The notes: generated by a model not told the origin, from the letters alone. 64,000 bases of DNA from an uncultured Gammaproteobacteria bacterium (GCA_964600575.1 CAZRJH010000005.1:8040-72039); one strand, 5' to 3'; counted from the stretch's first letter, positions 26,641 to 36,987 are shown. A program made the numbers and translations.

Positions 26641-29358
26641 ATGTCTTGGCTGGTGGTAAAATTAGCCACGATGACGGAAAGCGAAAGAAAGGTCCAAATG
26701 TCCTCGGCAGACCTTAAAAGGGAGTATCCCCACGTGATCTACGAACAGGTTTCCGACTCCACAGCCTATGAAGTTTTTGTGTCCGCCTCATACAACGCAA
26801 TGGCCGCTGCCGGTTACCAGATTGCAGTCGAGGTGGAAAGCAACGAAAGACAAGGAACTAGTACCTATACAATAAGAACCAAAGAGTCAGATAGACACGA
26901 GCAGGCTTTGCAAGGAACACTCTTTTTAGGTTTAACCGAGGCCACTAAAGCTGTCTTGCTAAATGGAAATAGTTATGACAATTTAGAAGTCGAAGCGGCT
27001 GGGGTTTCCGATAAGCTCTTGCACGATTTGGTTGACGACGAGGAAATGTTTAAAGCGTTTAGGGAGTATTACACGGGACTGCGGTGGAGTACAGATCAGG
27101 AGAAACTTGTCCGCGCGGTTTTTAGATACTCTACCGAGTATAACGAAAAAGATATAAAAGACAATTTAAACGGCGGCTTTTTGGGTAGTTTGGTTTTTGA
27201 TTTGGGACTCGATTCCAAGATACCCTACGAACAAAGAAAGAACTGGTACACAGCCGACCCCGAACAAATTTTGGCTCGGCACAAAGAAATAGACTACAAA
27301 CGACTTAAGGACGCGACTTTTGCAGAATCAGAGGAAGGAAAAAGATTAAAAGCCGCCTATGCAAGAGCAGTGGGGCAGGTCACAGGTGATGCTTATTACA
27401 GGGGCGAAAGAACCATAACAGGTAAAGGAGAGGTGCTGCCAAGGCCACAAATACCGCTTTTAAAAGTTCCAATAGTTGAAGCTCTAATGATAGATGAGGT
27501 TAGTTTGGATAGGCCAAAGGCCAAGTACAATATGGGTCCAAGTGATGTTGTCGGTCTTTTGGCATATTCAAGTAGCGAAAGGGCTCATACAGCACTGGTT
27601 AAAAGTATCAACACCAGGGTTCCCAAGGATGCAAGGCATGTGTTTGATGGACCAAGTGAGTTTCAACATAAGCTGGGAAACATTTGGGACATAATTAGAG
27701 CTTACACTGAATATAAATCTTACCCCGACAAAAGAAAACTCCTTGCGGCAGATCTTACGGCGATTCTTGATGCCTACTCAAATCAGGGTGAAATTGCAGA
27801 AAGCGTTCGCGAAGGGCATTTTGAATATGTAAGAGTACACGGACAAAAATATTTTGGAGAAGGAGTGCATACTGTTAAAGAAACCGTTATCGATTTGTTG
27901 CAAGTTGCCATCGCATCGTCCGACAGCTCCCTTACCGCCAAGGCCCAGGAAGTCATGCGAAGTTATATTGGGGGCGCCGGCGGTTTAGTGGTAGACAGAG
28001 ATCCTTTGGTGCTTTCCAGGGGCGAGCTGGTATTGATTGTTTTGGATTCAATAAAAAACTTTGACCCAACGGGCAACCCGACACTTTTAAAAAATATAGC
28101 TATTGAACTCCTGGGCGGAAAAGGCAAAAGCGTTGCTGACTTGGCAGCTCTTCATATGACGGCAGTTGGGCTTAGGCAAAAACCAAATGTTTCCTTGGCA
28201 CTTAAAGAGATGCGCAGACACAGTTTTCAAATAGACGGAAAATCAAAAGAGGCAGACGTTGCTAGGGAAAAGTTCAACCAACTTACAAAACGGTCGGATA
28301 ATATTTTCGATGATATTCGTACCCAAAAGAACAAAATTCTAATCGGTTTGATAGATGATTTAATGGGCGACGGCGAGGACCCTGATAGATTAATCGAGGG
28401 ACTTATTAACAGAGTCGAAATGCGAAGTCGTGAGATTTCGGAATTGCCATCGGAATATTATGAACTAATAAGAATAGCAAAATTGCTTGGGCCGGGAGAG
28501 CCTAGAGTGAATGTAATTGCCTGGCACATGCAGAAACAGTTTGAATACATGAGCAAAGAGTCGGCGCATCTTTTGGTTCCTGTTGTTATAGATTTATACG
28601 AGGTTATTTTAGGAGAACCCGGAAATGTAATTTTCCCTAACGACTCAACTTCGCACGGCCTTTCTGCGGTGAGCGGACTGGTAAGAAGGCAGGGTAGAGA
28701 GATCTTTAAATCGGCTTCCCCCGAAGATCTACAGGTTATTCAAAACTATGTTTTAGAAATTGCCGCTCACGCTCAAAGGATCACAAACGGAGAGCTTTTA
28801 CCCCAAGATCTCGGAGAAGAAGTAGATAAGGTTGAATATAAGAAGTGGCAGCAGGAAAAGATGCAACAAATTAAATATTCACTCCAGCAACTTCAGCAAG
28901 TTGGGGAATACTACAAGGAGTTTTTGCATATAGAAGCCGTAAAAGTAAGGCCCGATGTTTATTATCCTTGGATGCTTAAACAATTGGTGCCTTTTTACAG
29001 AGCAATGCAGTTTGAAGTTTCGGAAGGAAATCGGCCAAATCATGCAGTCAGAACTCTGCATCAAACACTGGCGGATTATATAAAGAACCGCTTGGTAATT
29101 AAGGAACAGTATCCCGAAAACTTTGATGTTATAAAAGACGGCAATCTGGATACTTTCCTTTACGAGATGTATAAACAAATGGTTGTACCCTACGAAATAA
29201 AAAACAACGGAGCTGTTTGGAAAGAGGGACTAACATTTATGCACTATGCAATTTCTGGCATGCCCGAGTCTGTGGTAAAAGAAATAGAGAAAAAATATCC
29301 AAACTCCGACTTTGCTAAGTTTGTAAGAAAAGAGCACGATAGACTTCAGGATAACTAG
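26641..29358 (+). CDS. large orphan protein (905 aa), function unknown
   Basis: Uninterrupted 2.7-kb ORF; no TM, signal peptide or known catalytic motif recognised. Confidence 0.55.
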   Translation: MSWLVVKLATMTESERKVQMSSADLKREYPHVIYEQVSDSTAYEVFVSASYNAMAAAGYQIAVEVESNERQGTSTYTIRTKESDRHEQALQGTLFLGLTEATKAVLLNGNSYDNLEVEAAGVSDKLLHDLVDDEEMFKAFREYYTGLRWSTDQEKLVRAVFRYSTEYNEKDIKDNLNGGFLGSLVFDLGLDSKIPYEQRKNWYTADPEQILARHKEIDYKRLKDATFAESEEGKRLKAAYARAVGQVTGDAYYRGERTITGKGEVLPRPQIPLLKVPIVEALMIDEVSLDRPKAKYNMGPSDVVGLLAYSSSERAHTALVKSINTRVPKDARHVFDGPSEFQHKLGNIWDIIRAYTEYKSYPDKRKLLAADLTAILDAYSNQGEIAESVREGHFEYVRVHGQKYFGEGVHTVKETVIDLLQVAIASSDSSLTAKAQEVMRSYIGGAGGLVVDRDPLVLSRGELVLIVLDSIKNFDPTGNPTLLKNIAIELLGGKGKSVADLAALHMTAVGLRQKPNVSLALKEMRRHSFQIDGKSKEADVAREKFNQLTKRSDNIFDDIRTQKNKILIGLIDDLMGDGEDPDRLIEGLINRVEMRSREISELPSEYYELIRIAKLLGPGEPRVNVIAWHMQKQFEYMSKESAHLLVPVVIDLYEVILGEPGNVIFPNDSTSHGLSAVSGLVRRQGREIFKSASPEDLQVIQNYVLEIAAHAQRITNGELLPQDLGEEVDKVEYKKWQQEKMQQIKYSLQQLQQVGEYYKEFLHIEAVKVRPDVYYPWMLKQLVPFYRAMQFEVSEGNRPNHAVRTLHQTLADYIKNRLVIKEQYPENFDVIKDGNLDTFLYEMYKQMVVPYEIKNNGAVWKEGLTFMHYAISGMPESVVKEIEKKYPNSDFAKFVRKEHDRLQDN

Positions 29359-29384
29359 ATTACATATTTCGTATACAATTAATT

Positions 29385-29963
29385 ATGAAGGTTGGCATAA
29401 CTCTTACATCTTCAATGGATGTTGGCCAGGAATATATACAATTGACCGAAGAAGTTGCTTCGGTGTTTGCAAAAAAAGGCTATGGAATTGTTTATGGTGG
29501 AACTTCGTATGGAATGATGAAAAGACTTGCCGAGGTTTATAAAGAAAACGGAGGAATAGACCTTACTGGAGTTATGGCGGAAGATTTAATTGCGGCCACA
29601 AAAAATTACGAGAAATTTGGTAAATTGGACCAAGAGTTTACGGTTAAAACAATGGAGGACCGAAAGCGAAAAATAATAACACTCTCAGATGCTTATTTAA
29701 TACTTCCCGGTGGGTGGGGAACTTTTGAAGAAATCGCATCGATTGTGGGAGGGGTGGCAAATAAACTCTATTCTAAACCGATAGCTTTTTATAACTACAA
29801 AAACTATTACAATTCTTTGTTCCGTTTTCTGGAAGAAATGTACAAATTGAAATTTTCGAGAGTAAGGCCGGACCAAACTTATTTTTCTTCCGACAATCTT
29901 AACGAAATAATTTACTTTTTTGAGAACTACTCATCCAAAGACCTTCCTGATAAGTTTGTTTGA
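29385..29963 (+). CDS. LOG-family protein (TIGR00730; cytokinin riboside 5-prime-monophosphate phosphoribohydrolase-like)
   Basis: GYGIVYGGTSYGMM and PGGWGTFEE motifs. Confidence 0.75.
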   Translation: MKVGITLTSSMDVGQEYIQLTEEVASVFAKKGYGIVYGGTSYGMMKRLAEVYKENGGIDLTGVMAEDLIAATKNYEKFGKLDQEFTVKTMEDRKRKIITLSDAYLILPGGWGTFEEIASIVGGVANKLYSKPIAFYNYKNYYNSLFRFLEEMYKLKFSRVRPDQTYFSSDNLNEIIYFFENYSSKDLPDKFV

Positions 29964-30001
29964 TTCAGATTTTTTCGTACTGTTTTGTTTGGTGATAAAA
30001 T

Positions 30002-30652
30002 TTGCTGATGGCAAAGAAATCGTATCTTTATTCGCTTTTGTTTGTTGGTCTTTTTGCTTTAACTCTGGTTTTTACATATTGGTTTATGAAGTCGCCCCAG
30101 TTTGTAATAGCCGACAACTGGGTTAAACAAAATGTTTTAACATATGTGGTTTTTCTCTTTATTGTTAAGACCTTAGGGATTCTTTGGCCGCCTATCCCGG
30201 CAGGTTTATTTACTTTACTTTCGATTCCATTTTTAGGCTGGTTTGGTGCGTATATGGTTGACTTGACGGGAAGTGTAGTCGGAGGCTCTGTTGCTTACTA
30301 CTTGGGTAGAAAATACGGAATACCATTTTTGAAACATATTTTTGACGAGAAAATGATTACAAAGATTAAAGATGTAAAAATTAAAAAAGGTAAAGAAATA
30401 GAAGCCGTGTTTGTGTATAGAGTTTTACTTGGAACGGTAATTTTAGAAGCTGTATATTACGGAGCAGGACTTTTGAAAGTTGAGTTTGGTAAATTTCTAG
30501 TTGGAGCTATTTTATCCCACATTGCGGTTGGAGTCCCTATGTTTATTTTAGCTCAAAATATTTTTGGAGGTAATAATATTGTTGTAACAATTATCTTGGT
30601 TGTCGGGGGAGCCTTTTTTGTTTATAAAACGAAAGATAGGTACTTTGAATAG
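30002..30652 (+). CDS. DedA/TVP38-TMEM64-family membrane protein
   Basis: Multi-TM protein with a Gly-rich re-entrant motif (LTGSVVGGSVAYYLGRKYG). Confidence 0.5.
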   Translation: MLMAKKSYLYSLLFVGLFALTLVFTYWFMKSPQFVIADNWVKQNVLTYVVFLFIVKTLGILWPPIPAGLFTLLSIPFLGWFGAYMVDLTGSVVGGSVAYYLGRKYGIPFLKHIFDEKMITKIKDVKIKKGKEIEAVFVYRVLLGTVILEAVYYGAGLLKVEFGKFLVGAILSHIAVGVPMFILAQNIFGGNNIVVTIILVVGGAFFVYKTKDRYFE

Positions 30653-30655
30653 GTT

Positions 30656-31237
30656 TTAAATTCCCATCAAAATCCTGATTTCAATTGAAAAGTTGACTAA
30701 GTCTTCATCGTCAATTATTGATATAAGACTTTCGAACACCTTCTCTTTGGTCCAGGCCTGTTTGTAAGATCTAACACTTAACAACGAGTCTGTATGGTCT
30801 GCAAGTGCAAGGAGTTGTTGTAATTCTTTTATTTCTCTGTTTTCGTTCTCTCTGTCTAGTAGGCGAGGGTGGCGTCTTTTTTGGAATTCGTGATGACCTA
30901 CTACGATCTGTGCGATTTGTGGGTCATTCTTTGCAATCAGTTCGTAACCGACCCTAACATGCTTGTCCATTTCGGCGAGCTCTGTTTCGGTTAATTCAGA
31001 CTCCTTTTCTAAAATATCTTTTGGCACGGTTGCTTTGCCTATATCATGCAAAAGACCGGCTTTGGTTATGTTGTCAACAGTTTTTGAATCAAGTCCTTTA
31101 TGTTTTGCAAGTTCATAAGCAATCCGAGCTACTCTCAAGGAATGTTCGTAATATATAGGAGTTACAGATTCAAGAACTGTCAATTGTTCAGAAAGCCATA
31201 TGTTTTTTCGGTAATAATCTGGCAGGTTTTCGACCAT
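30656..31237 (-). CDS. HD-domain phosphohydrolase
   Basis: H...LLHDIGK ... VVGHHE motifs. Confidence 0.7.
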   Translation of the reverse strand: MVENLPDYYRKNIWLSEQLTVLESVTPIYYEHSLRVARIAYELAKHKGLDSKTVDNITKAGLLHDIGKATVPKDILEKESELTETELAEMDKHVRVGYELIAKNDPQIAQIVVGHHEFQKRRHPRLLDRENENREIKELQQLLALADHTDSLLSVRSYKQAWTKEKVFESLISIIDDEDLVNFSIEIRILMGI

Positions 31238-31316
31238 GCCGAATCATACAACTTGTTGTATAGGATGTAAATTTTTGCGATCCAGATGTTGTGGTGTTAG
31301 TAGAAAACGTGAGAAA

Positions 31317-31859
31317 CTATTTGTTTAGAATTTCAAGATATTCACCCTTTTCTATCCAGCCAGGTATTTGAGACTCTTTTGCATTAGCCTGATATTGTGG
31401 TAGTTTCTTGATATAGGAATAGAGTGTCGCAAGTGGATCGCCGTGTCCACAAACAATTATGTTTCCTTTAACTTGTTTAGATATTTCATCCCACCAGTTA
31501 CCAACTCTTTCTCTGATGTCTTCTAGACTCTCGCCACCTAAATCACCGTAATGGCTAAAAAAATGGAATCCAGAGCCATGCCAATTTTCTCCCCAGTATC
31601 CTTGATATGCCGAGTGAGTCTCGAGCAATCTCTTATCGTATATTATGGGGATTTTTTTATTGGCTATTATCTCAGCAGTTTCTTTACATCGTTGAACTGC
31701 GCTCGAGTAAATAGTTTTTATATTTTTGTCAGAAAAAAATTTTTGTAGTTTTTGTGCCTGTTCTTTACCCAAATCGGAAAGGGGGAGTGGTAGTCTTCCG
31801 GGCAATATGTTTCTAGGGTTCTCATAATCGCCGTGACGCACCAGATATATGCTATTCAT
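31317..31859 (-). CDS. histidine phosphatase family protein (phosphoglycerate mutase-like)
   Basis: N-terminal LVRHGD (RHG motif). Confidence 0.7.
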   Translation of the reverse strand: MNSIYLVRHGDYENPRNILPGRLPLPLSDLGKEQAQKLQKFFSDKNIKTIYSSAVQRCKETAEIIANKKIPIIYDKRLLETHSAYQGYWGENWHGSGFHFFSHYGDLGGESLEDIRERVGNWWDEISKQVKGNIIVCGHGDPLATLYSYIKKLPQYQANAKESQIPGWIEKGEYLEILNK

Positions 31860-31959
31860 GGTTAAGATTATACTTTATTGTTTGGTGATAGTCCTCAAAC
31901 TGCTTATATCAAAAGTGCTTATTGCTTGCTGTAACAAATTTGTGTAGTTTTATTAGGTT

Positions 31960-32439
31960 ATGGATGACACAATGAAATTGGACAATTCCGATCAGGAAAT
32001 TATAGATATCGTTACTGTAGATGGGGAACAAATTCCGGATGCAGTAAAAACGCAGCTTTCTGTTGAGTCACTTATAAAAACACTTATAACCCGAATAGCC
32101 AGGCTCAAAGAAGACTTAAAACCTGTAAACGAAATGCTTACCGATCTTCTTGAGAATAACGAGCAATATCAAATTGCCGCCAAGGAAGCCAAAGAAGCTT
32201 CAAAGAAAAAACTAGTAGCCAAAAAGGAAGTTCTTTTTACGCCCGAAGGTAAGATGGCGCAGACTAAAGTCAACGATCTTAAGAGCGAGTTAAAAGATGC
32301 GCAGGAGTCTTTATCTTCTTATTTGGCGGACTACCAGAGGCTTACAGGGTCTGCCGAGATTGAAGGTGAAGATGGAGAACTTAGGCAAATTGTCTATGTT
32401 GCCAAATTGGTGAGAAAGACCAACCTCGAGAATAGGTAA
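31960..32439 (+). CDS. hypothetical protein
   Basis: 159 aa, coiled-coil-like Lys/Glu-rich. Confidence 0.4.
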   Translation: MDDTMKLDNSDQEIIDIVTVDGEQIPDAVKTQLSVESLIKTLITRIARLKEDLKPVNEMLTDLLENNEQYQIAAKEAKEASKKKLVAKKEVLFTPEGKMAQTKVNDLKSELKDAQESLSSYLADYQRLTGSAEIEGEDGELRQIVYVAKLVRKTNLENR

Positions 32440-32505
32440 ATACCACTATTATCCAAAATCGAAAAGGTTAAGTTAAGGCCAAGGCGAAGGGTATTTAAAT
32501 CACTC

Positions 32506-33711
32506 TTAATTTTTTAAATTTATATTTACCAATTTAATCATATCCTTAATATGATTTGCGTTGTCCAGATTTATTTTTTCGTAAAAAATTTTTTTGGAAA
32601 AAAATCTGTCTCTTGATCTTGTTTCACTTTGATAACTTGCAAAGTGTCTTTGATAACTGTGGAATGCATGCCTAACTATTAATAAAAAAGTTCCGTGATC
32701 AAGCCCAACTTCTTTCAGCATCGACTGGTTCGCAATTTGCACCGTACTGTTTCCTAGATTGATTTGTATCCCCTTTATAACAGTTTCAAGTTTTCGGGTT
32801 GCATTGTCGCGGGCGTCGTTTGCAACTGTTTGAAGTGTTATTGCTGTTGTAGGAATGCCGGACTCTTTGCCTAGTTGTGAATTTACCATATATACAAGGT
32901 GTTTGGAGACTTCATACTCAAGTTTTGTGGGATCGAGCGGTTCTCTCATTTGGGTGTGGTGAGTGACTAGCTCATATTCTTCGGGTTTGCCTTTATAGTA
33001 CTCTAGAATTTTTTTTCCGCGTTCAACAAGTTGCCTGCCCAAGTCTTCAAAATCGGGCGGATTACCCTTCGTGTTAACGCTGTCCACTAAGGCCAAACTC
33101 ATTTCCTTATGATTTGGACCAAATTGCAATGACAGGAGTTCAAAAATTGCATCATTGTCCTCGTTGAGGGAGCCGTCCGGATTAAACAAAAAACTTTCGA
33201 TGTCGCGGGTGTAGTTGTATATCATTGCTCCCAGTTCGGCATAATTCACAATAGGATATCTAAATCTTTTATTGACCTCTTTGCCCAGTGGTGTTTTGTC
33301 CCATTTGGATTTTGTATTTGTTTTATGTTGTTTTGCAAACTCTTCCGTAACACGGTCAGCAAGGCCCGCCCAATAGGAGAATTCTTGGGCTCCTATTTCC
33401 GCGGCTGCAGAAGAAAGTACGCGATCAATAAGTATGGATCCGTGTGTAGCGGCATTGATCGAAGCAAAACTGACACGTTTATCGAGATACTTAAGCCCAT
33501 CAACATTGCCCATGCTTAGTTCTTGTGCAGCGTGGAAATATTCTTCTTGGGTAACAGGTAAAATTTTGGTTGAAATTTGAACTCTGGCTTTAACTTTACT
33601 TTCTATGAACTGCTTTTTTTCTTTGCCGTCCATTTCCCATAAAAACATATTTTCTCCATGTCCAACTTGTCGTTCCGCATCCATCTCAATTTTTGCTTTA
33701 TCGTATACCAA
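32506..33711 (-). CDS. hypothetical protein
   Basis: 401-aa ORF, no motif recognised. Confidence 0.45.
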   Translation of the reverse strand: MVYDKAKIEMDAERQVGHGENMFLWEMDGKEKKQFIESKVKARVQISTKILPVTQEEYFHAAQELSMGNVDGLKYLDKRVSFASINAATHGSILIDRVLSSAAAEIGAQEFSYWAGLADRVTEEFAKQHKTNTKSKWDKTPLGKEVNKRFRYPIVNYAELGAMIYNYTRDIESFLFNPDGSLNEDNDAIFELLSLQFGPNHKEMSLALVDSVNTKGNPPDFEDLGRQLVERGKKILEYYKGKPEEYELVTHHTQMREPLDPTKLEYEVSKHLVYMVNSQLGKESGIPTTAITLQTVANDARDNATRKLETVIKGIQINLGNSTVQIANQSMLKEVGLDHGTFLLIVRHAFHSYQRHFASYQSETRSRDRFFSKKIFYEKINLDNANHIKDMIKLVNINLKN

Positions 33712-33758
33712 CGAAAAGGCGGGATTGCTACCAACAAAGTATGAATAAAAAGCACCTC

Positions 33759-34133
33759 TTACAAACGAATCAAACGGCCTAAGCTGTGGTTCGCGTTGAA
33801 AATAGTTTCGTAAAATTCAGTCAGATCTTCCTTGAATGATTTATCAAGAAAAACGGGGAGAGGCGTTTTCAATTTGTTTCTCTCCTCTTCTTCAATCGCG
33901 GCTTTTCTTTCTTTGTTTACATAGCCCGAACCCGGGGTAAGCTCCAATACATCCTCTTTCATCTGGTTAGCTAATGCAGTAAGTGCGTTTACAGTATATT
34001 TGGGGCCAAAAACGGCGGCAACACGTCCTGATTTTACCTCTTGCTCCATCTCTAAAGTTATATGGTGGATGTCTTGCGAAAAGGTTTCCTTTGTTGCCCC
34101 TGTGGTTTGTTGTGTGTTTTTAAACTCTGTCAT
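33759..34133 (-). CDS. hypothetical protein
   Basis: 124-aa ORF. Confidence 0.4.
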   Translation of the reverse strand: MTEFKNTQQTTGATKETFSQDIHHITLEMEQEVKSGRVAAVFGPKYTVNALTALANQMKEDVLELTPGSGYVNKERKAAIEEEERNKLKTPLPVFLDKSFKEDLTEFYETIFNANHSLGRLIRL

Positions 34134-34142
34134 TGTAGATGT

Positions 34143-34162
34143 CTGCAGGCCAAGAGGGAATC
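34143..34162. repeat. 20-bp exact direct repeat of the tRNA-Trp 3-prime end (att-like)
   Basis: tgcaggccaagagggaatcg occurs at 34143..34162 and again at 34188..34207; the second copy is the 3-prime end of the tRNA. Confidence 0.6.
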
Positions 34163-34189
34163 GTCAAACTATGTTTCTATTCCTGTTTT

Positions 34190-34260
34190 GCAGGCCAAGA
34201 GGGAATCGAACCCCCAATAGCGGTTTTGGAGACCGCTGTTATACCATTTAACTATTGGCC
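34190..34260 (-). tRNA. tRNA-Trp (anticodon CCA)
   Basis: Cloverleaf: acceptor AGGCCAA/TTGGCCT, D-arm GTTAAATGGTATAAC, anticodon loop CTCCAAA, T-arm GGGGTTCGATTCCCTC. Confidence 0.85.
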
Positions 34261-34335
34261 TTTGAATTAAGACCGCAAAACACGGCCCTCCTTGCCTTGT
34301 AGTATATCAATTTTGACCCACTTGGAGTATCCCGT

Positions 34336-35004
34336 TTAGGCTTCCGCCTTGTGTTTTGGGTTTCTGGTAAAGCAAACTCTTATGTTTGTTTCACCCAGAT
34401 CGGCCGAGTTGGCCCTAAATCTATCCATTACTGGATTGTCTTCGTCTAATCTAAATCCGTTTTCGGCCATCCAAACATTTATTGCCCGTTTTGCTTGCCT
34501 TTGATACGTTGCGGCTTCTTGGGTTCTTTTGTCCAAAACAATAACAATACTTTGGGGCTTTTCGGAGCTAAGAAATTTTCTTAGATCATCGTTAAATATT
34601 TTATCATCGACTATGTCTTTTTGGTTTGGTGCGACAACCGATATTACATCGGGGAAAAAGGTGGGTACTTCGTCGGCGGGTGAAGAAAAAAGATCAAGCT
34701 CCGCGTCCGTACTTACTGTTTTTATACCTCTATGGACCATTCCCGATTCTCCTTCGGATTTCATTGCGGGGTCACAGCCTACCCAAAGATCTAGAGCGTT
34801 AAGTTTCCACGAAAGTCTTGGTTCTTTACCGCAGCCTATATCAAATATTGTGAATTGAGCTTTGTGGAGAGATTCATCGAACTTTTCTTTTTTAGGATTA
34901 AGGTTGGCGGCAAGATATGTTCCAAGCTTGTGTTCTGATCCTTGCACAATAACCAGAGGCATTTTTCTTACTTTTACTTCGGGTGCGTTGTCGATTCCTG
35001 ACAT
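34336..35004 (-). CDS. hypothetical protein
   Basis: 222-aa ORF; contains FDIGCGKEP (weak methyltransferase-like glycine motif). Confidence 0.45.
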   Translation of the reverse strand: MSGIDNAPEVKVRKMPLVIVQGSEHKLGTYLAANLNPKKEKFDESLHKAQFTIFDIGCGKEPRLSWKLNALDLWVGCDPAMKSEGESGMVHRGIKTVSTDAELDLFSSPADEVPTFFPDVISVVAPNQKDIVDDKIFNDDLRKFLSSEKPQSIVIVLDKRTQEAATYQRQAKRAINVWMAENGFRLDEDNPVMDRFRANSADLGETNIRVCFTRNPKHKAEA

Positions 35005-35036
35005 TTCTCAAAAAAGATTATACAGGAATTATTATT

Positions 35037-35684
35037 ATGCAAAAGTTGTATCATATGGCTATGGCAGAAGAGAATTTAACAGCAGGATCAAAAGAAGGTA
35101 GAACCGAGGCTTTAAACAAAATTGTAGAAAAGTTTAGGTATCAACCAATTTCTGCGGATGAGGCCAGATCTCAAGGGATAGATTCCGGATCGTTGCATAG
35201 CAGAATGGTTTCAATAAGAAACGATGAAGTTGTGGGGGATTATTTCGTAATGCGCAAATCCGCAGTGGAAAGCGGCAAAACCGGACCAAACGGTTATTTT
35301 CCCGAAGGTAGTCTTAAAGCCCCGGAAATCTTGGACAACAACCAACTGGATGCAGGTGTTCTTGCTTATCTCAAAACCAGGGAAGCACATTTAACTCTAA
35401 AAGCCAGGGAACTCGCACATAAAGGCAGAATGGGAAATGTAGAAGAGCACGAAGCAATGAGAGTGGGTATAGCCATTAGGGTTTTAACAGGGGAAAATAC
35501 GGATTCCGATCACACTCGTTTTTTGGCGGAGCAAATGGACAAAATGAAGCAGGAAGCAATGGATTCTTATTGGTTGGATCCTAGAATGAAAGAGGAAAAA
35601 AGAGTTTTGGGGGAATATTACGACAAGATTAAACAGAATGTTACAACTAGATTTGCTCCAAAAAGAAGTTTATTTGAGCTTTGA
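35037..35684 (+). CDS. hypothetical protein (internal Met chosen as start to avoid overlap with the divergent gene)
   Basis: ORF 34983..35684; no motif recognised. Confidence 0.4.
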   Translation: MQKLYHMAMAEENLTAGSKEGRTEALNKIVEKFRYQPISADEARSQGIDSGSLHSRMVSIRNDEVVGDYFVMRKSAVESGKTGPNGYFPEGSLKAPEILDNNQLDAGVLAYLKTREAHLTLKARELAHKGRMGNVEEHEAMRVGIAIRVLTGENTDSDHTRFLAEQMDKMKQEAMDSYWLDPRMKEEKRVLGEYYDKIKQNVTTRFAPKRSLFEL

Positions 35685-35855
35685 AGATTCTTTGTGAGGT
35701 TGGGACTTTCTGCAGACTTTGCAATATTTGGCAATTTGGAGCTTGCCTTTGCCTTTTGTGTCCATATTAACTTTATTCCTCTCTGTAATGTAGTTTTGGC
35801 TTTTACAGACAGTGCAAATCAATGCTACAAGTTCGCGGGCTCCTCTTTTTGCCAT
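35670..35855 (-). CDS. rpmG: 50S ribosomal protein L33
   Basis: MAKRGARELVALICTVCKSQNYITERNK...KYCKVCRKSQPHKE: two CxxC pairs and the L33 pattern. Confidence 0.85.
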   Translation of the reverse strand: MAKRGARELVALICTVCKSQNYITERNKVNMDTKGKGKLQIAKYCKVCRKSQPHKESSKLK

Positions 35856-35921
35856 ATGAGGCTATTTTACACGATTGGTGGAGGTTTGGGAAGATGAAGT
35901 CGTAAATGTCGAACTTAATCT

Positions 35922-35993
35922 GAGCCTGAGGTGGGGATTGAACCCACGACCCCGTCATTACCAATGACGTGCTCTACCACTGAGCTACCCAGG
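35922..35993 (-). tRNA. tRNA-Thr (anticodon GGU)
   Basis: GCCTGGGTAGCTCAGTGGTAGAGCACGTCATTGGTAATGACG...GGTTCAATCC; anticodon loop TTGGTAA. Confidence 0.85.
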
Positions 35994-36039
35994 CGGGACG
36001 CATAATTATACCAAACCAAAAGTTGGTATACTGGTACAA

Positions 36040-36987
36040 ATGAAAGTTTGGCAGGTTACACTTTTGATACTCTCGGCAAGTCTCCTTTTTATGATTCTTT
36101 ACAAAATCAGTCCCGAAACGGGTGCAAATTTGCCCGTTCGGACCCAAAACCCTGTTCAGAATTTTATTACGACAGTAACAGAAAACTCCTCCAAAAAACC
36201 TATAAAAATACTTTTGACTGGCGATATCATGGTGGGTAGAAGCGTTATGACCAAAAGTTTGGCGGCAGATAACCCCGGGTATCCGTTTGAACAAGTATCT
36301 CAAAGACTCAAGTCCGCCGACTTAGTTTTTGCCAATTTAGAAACCCCTGTCATAGAAAATTGTCCTAAACACGACTCTGGGTTTAAATTTTGTGCCGACC
36401 CCAAAATGCTTAAAGGTTTATTAGATTCAGGGATAGATGTTGTTAATTTGGCCAATAACCACACGCTTAATTGGGGAGAGGCCGGCATAACAGAAACAGA
36501 AAAACATTTGGACGAGGCAGGTATTGCATATACGGGCCGTAACAATCTGATTGCCAAAGAAGTTAACGGGACTAAATTTGGATTCTTGGGATTTGATTAT
36601 GTTGCTACACATCCCAAACAAAGAGATTTGGATCTTATTACGGAATCAAAACAAAAAGTAGATATTTTAATAGTGGCTATCCATTGGGGAGTGGAATATA
36701 CAGATAAACCCAACACTTTCCAAAAAACGGTTGCAAAAAGTATATTGGAAGCCGGCGCAGATGTAATTTCTGGAACCCATCCACATTGGGTCCAACCCCA
36801 AGAAACAGTGGACGGCAAGCCTGTTTTTTATTCTTTGGGCAACTTTGTTTTTGATCAAATGTGGAGCGAGGGCACAAAAACAGGTGCGGTTGCGGAGCTT
36901 ACTTATCAAAACAAAGTCATAACGGGGGACAAAATCTACAAGATTTATATGGAAGAATTTGCCCAGCCTAAATTTTTGGAGAATTAA
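36040..36987 (+). CDS. CapA/PGA_cap family metallophosphatase-like protein (poly-gamma-glutamate capsule biosynthesis-type)
   Basis: N-terminal signal/TM; motifs LLTGDIMVGR, NLANNH, VAIHWGVEY, GTHPHWVQP, SLGNFVFDQ. Confidence 0.8.
   Translation: MKVWQVTLLILSASLLFMILYKISPETGANLPVRTQNPVQNFITTVTENSSKKPIKILLTGDIMVGRSVMTKSLAADNPGYPFEQVSQRLKSADLVFANLETPVIENCPKHDSGFKFCADPKMLKGLLDSGIDVVNLANNHTLNWGEAGITETEKHLDEAGIAYTGRNNLIAKEVNGTKFGFLGFDYVATHPKQRDLDLITESKQKVDILIVAIHWGVEYTDKPNTFQKTVAKSILEAGADVISGTHPHWVQPQETVDGKPVFYSLGNFVFDQMWSEGTKTGAVAELTYQNKVITGDKIYKIYMEEFAQPKFLEN

Noticed and set aside
35974-36303. 109-aa minus-strand ORF
   Set aside because: It overlaps tRNA-Thr(GGU) and the start of capA; it is a spurious frame.
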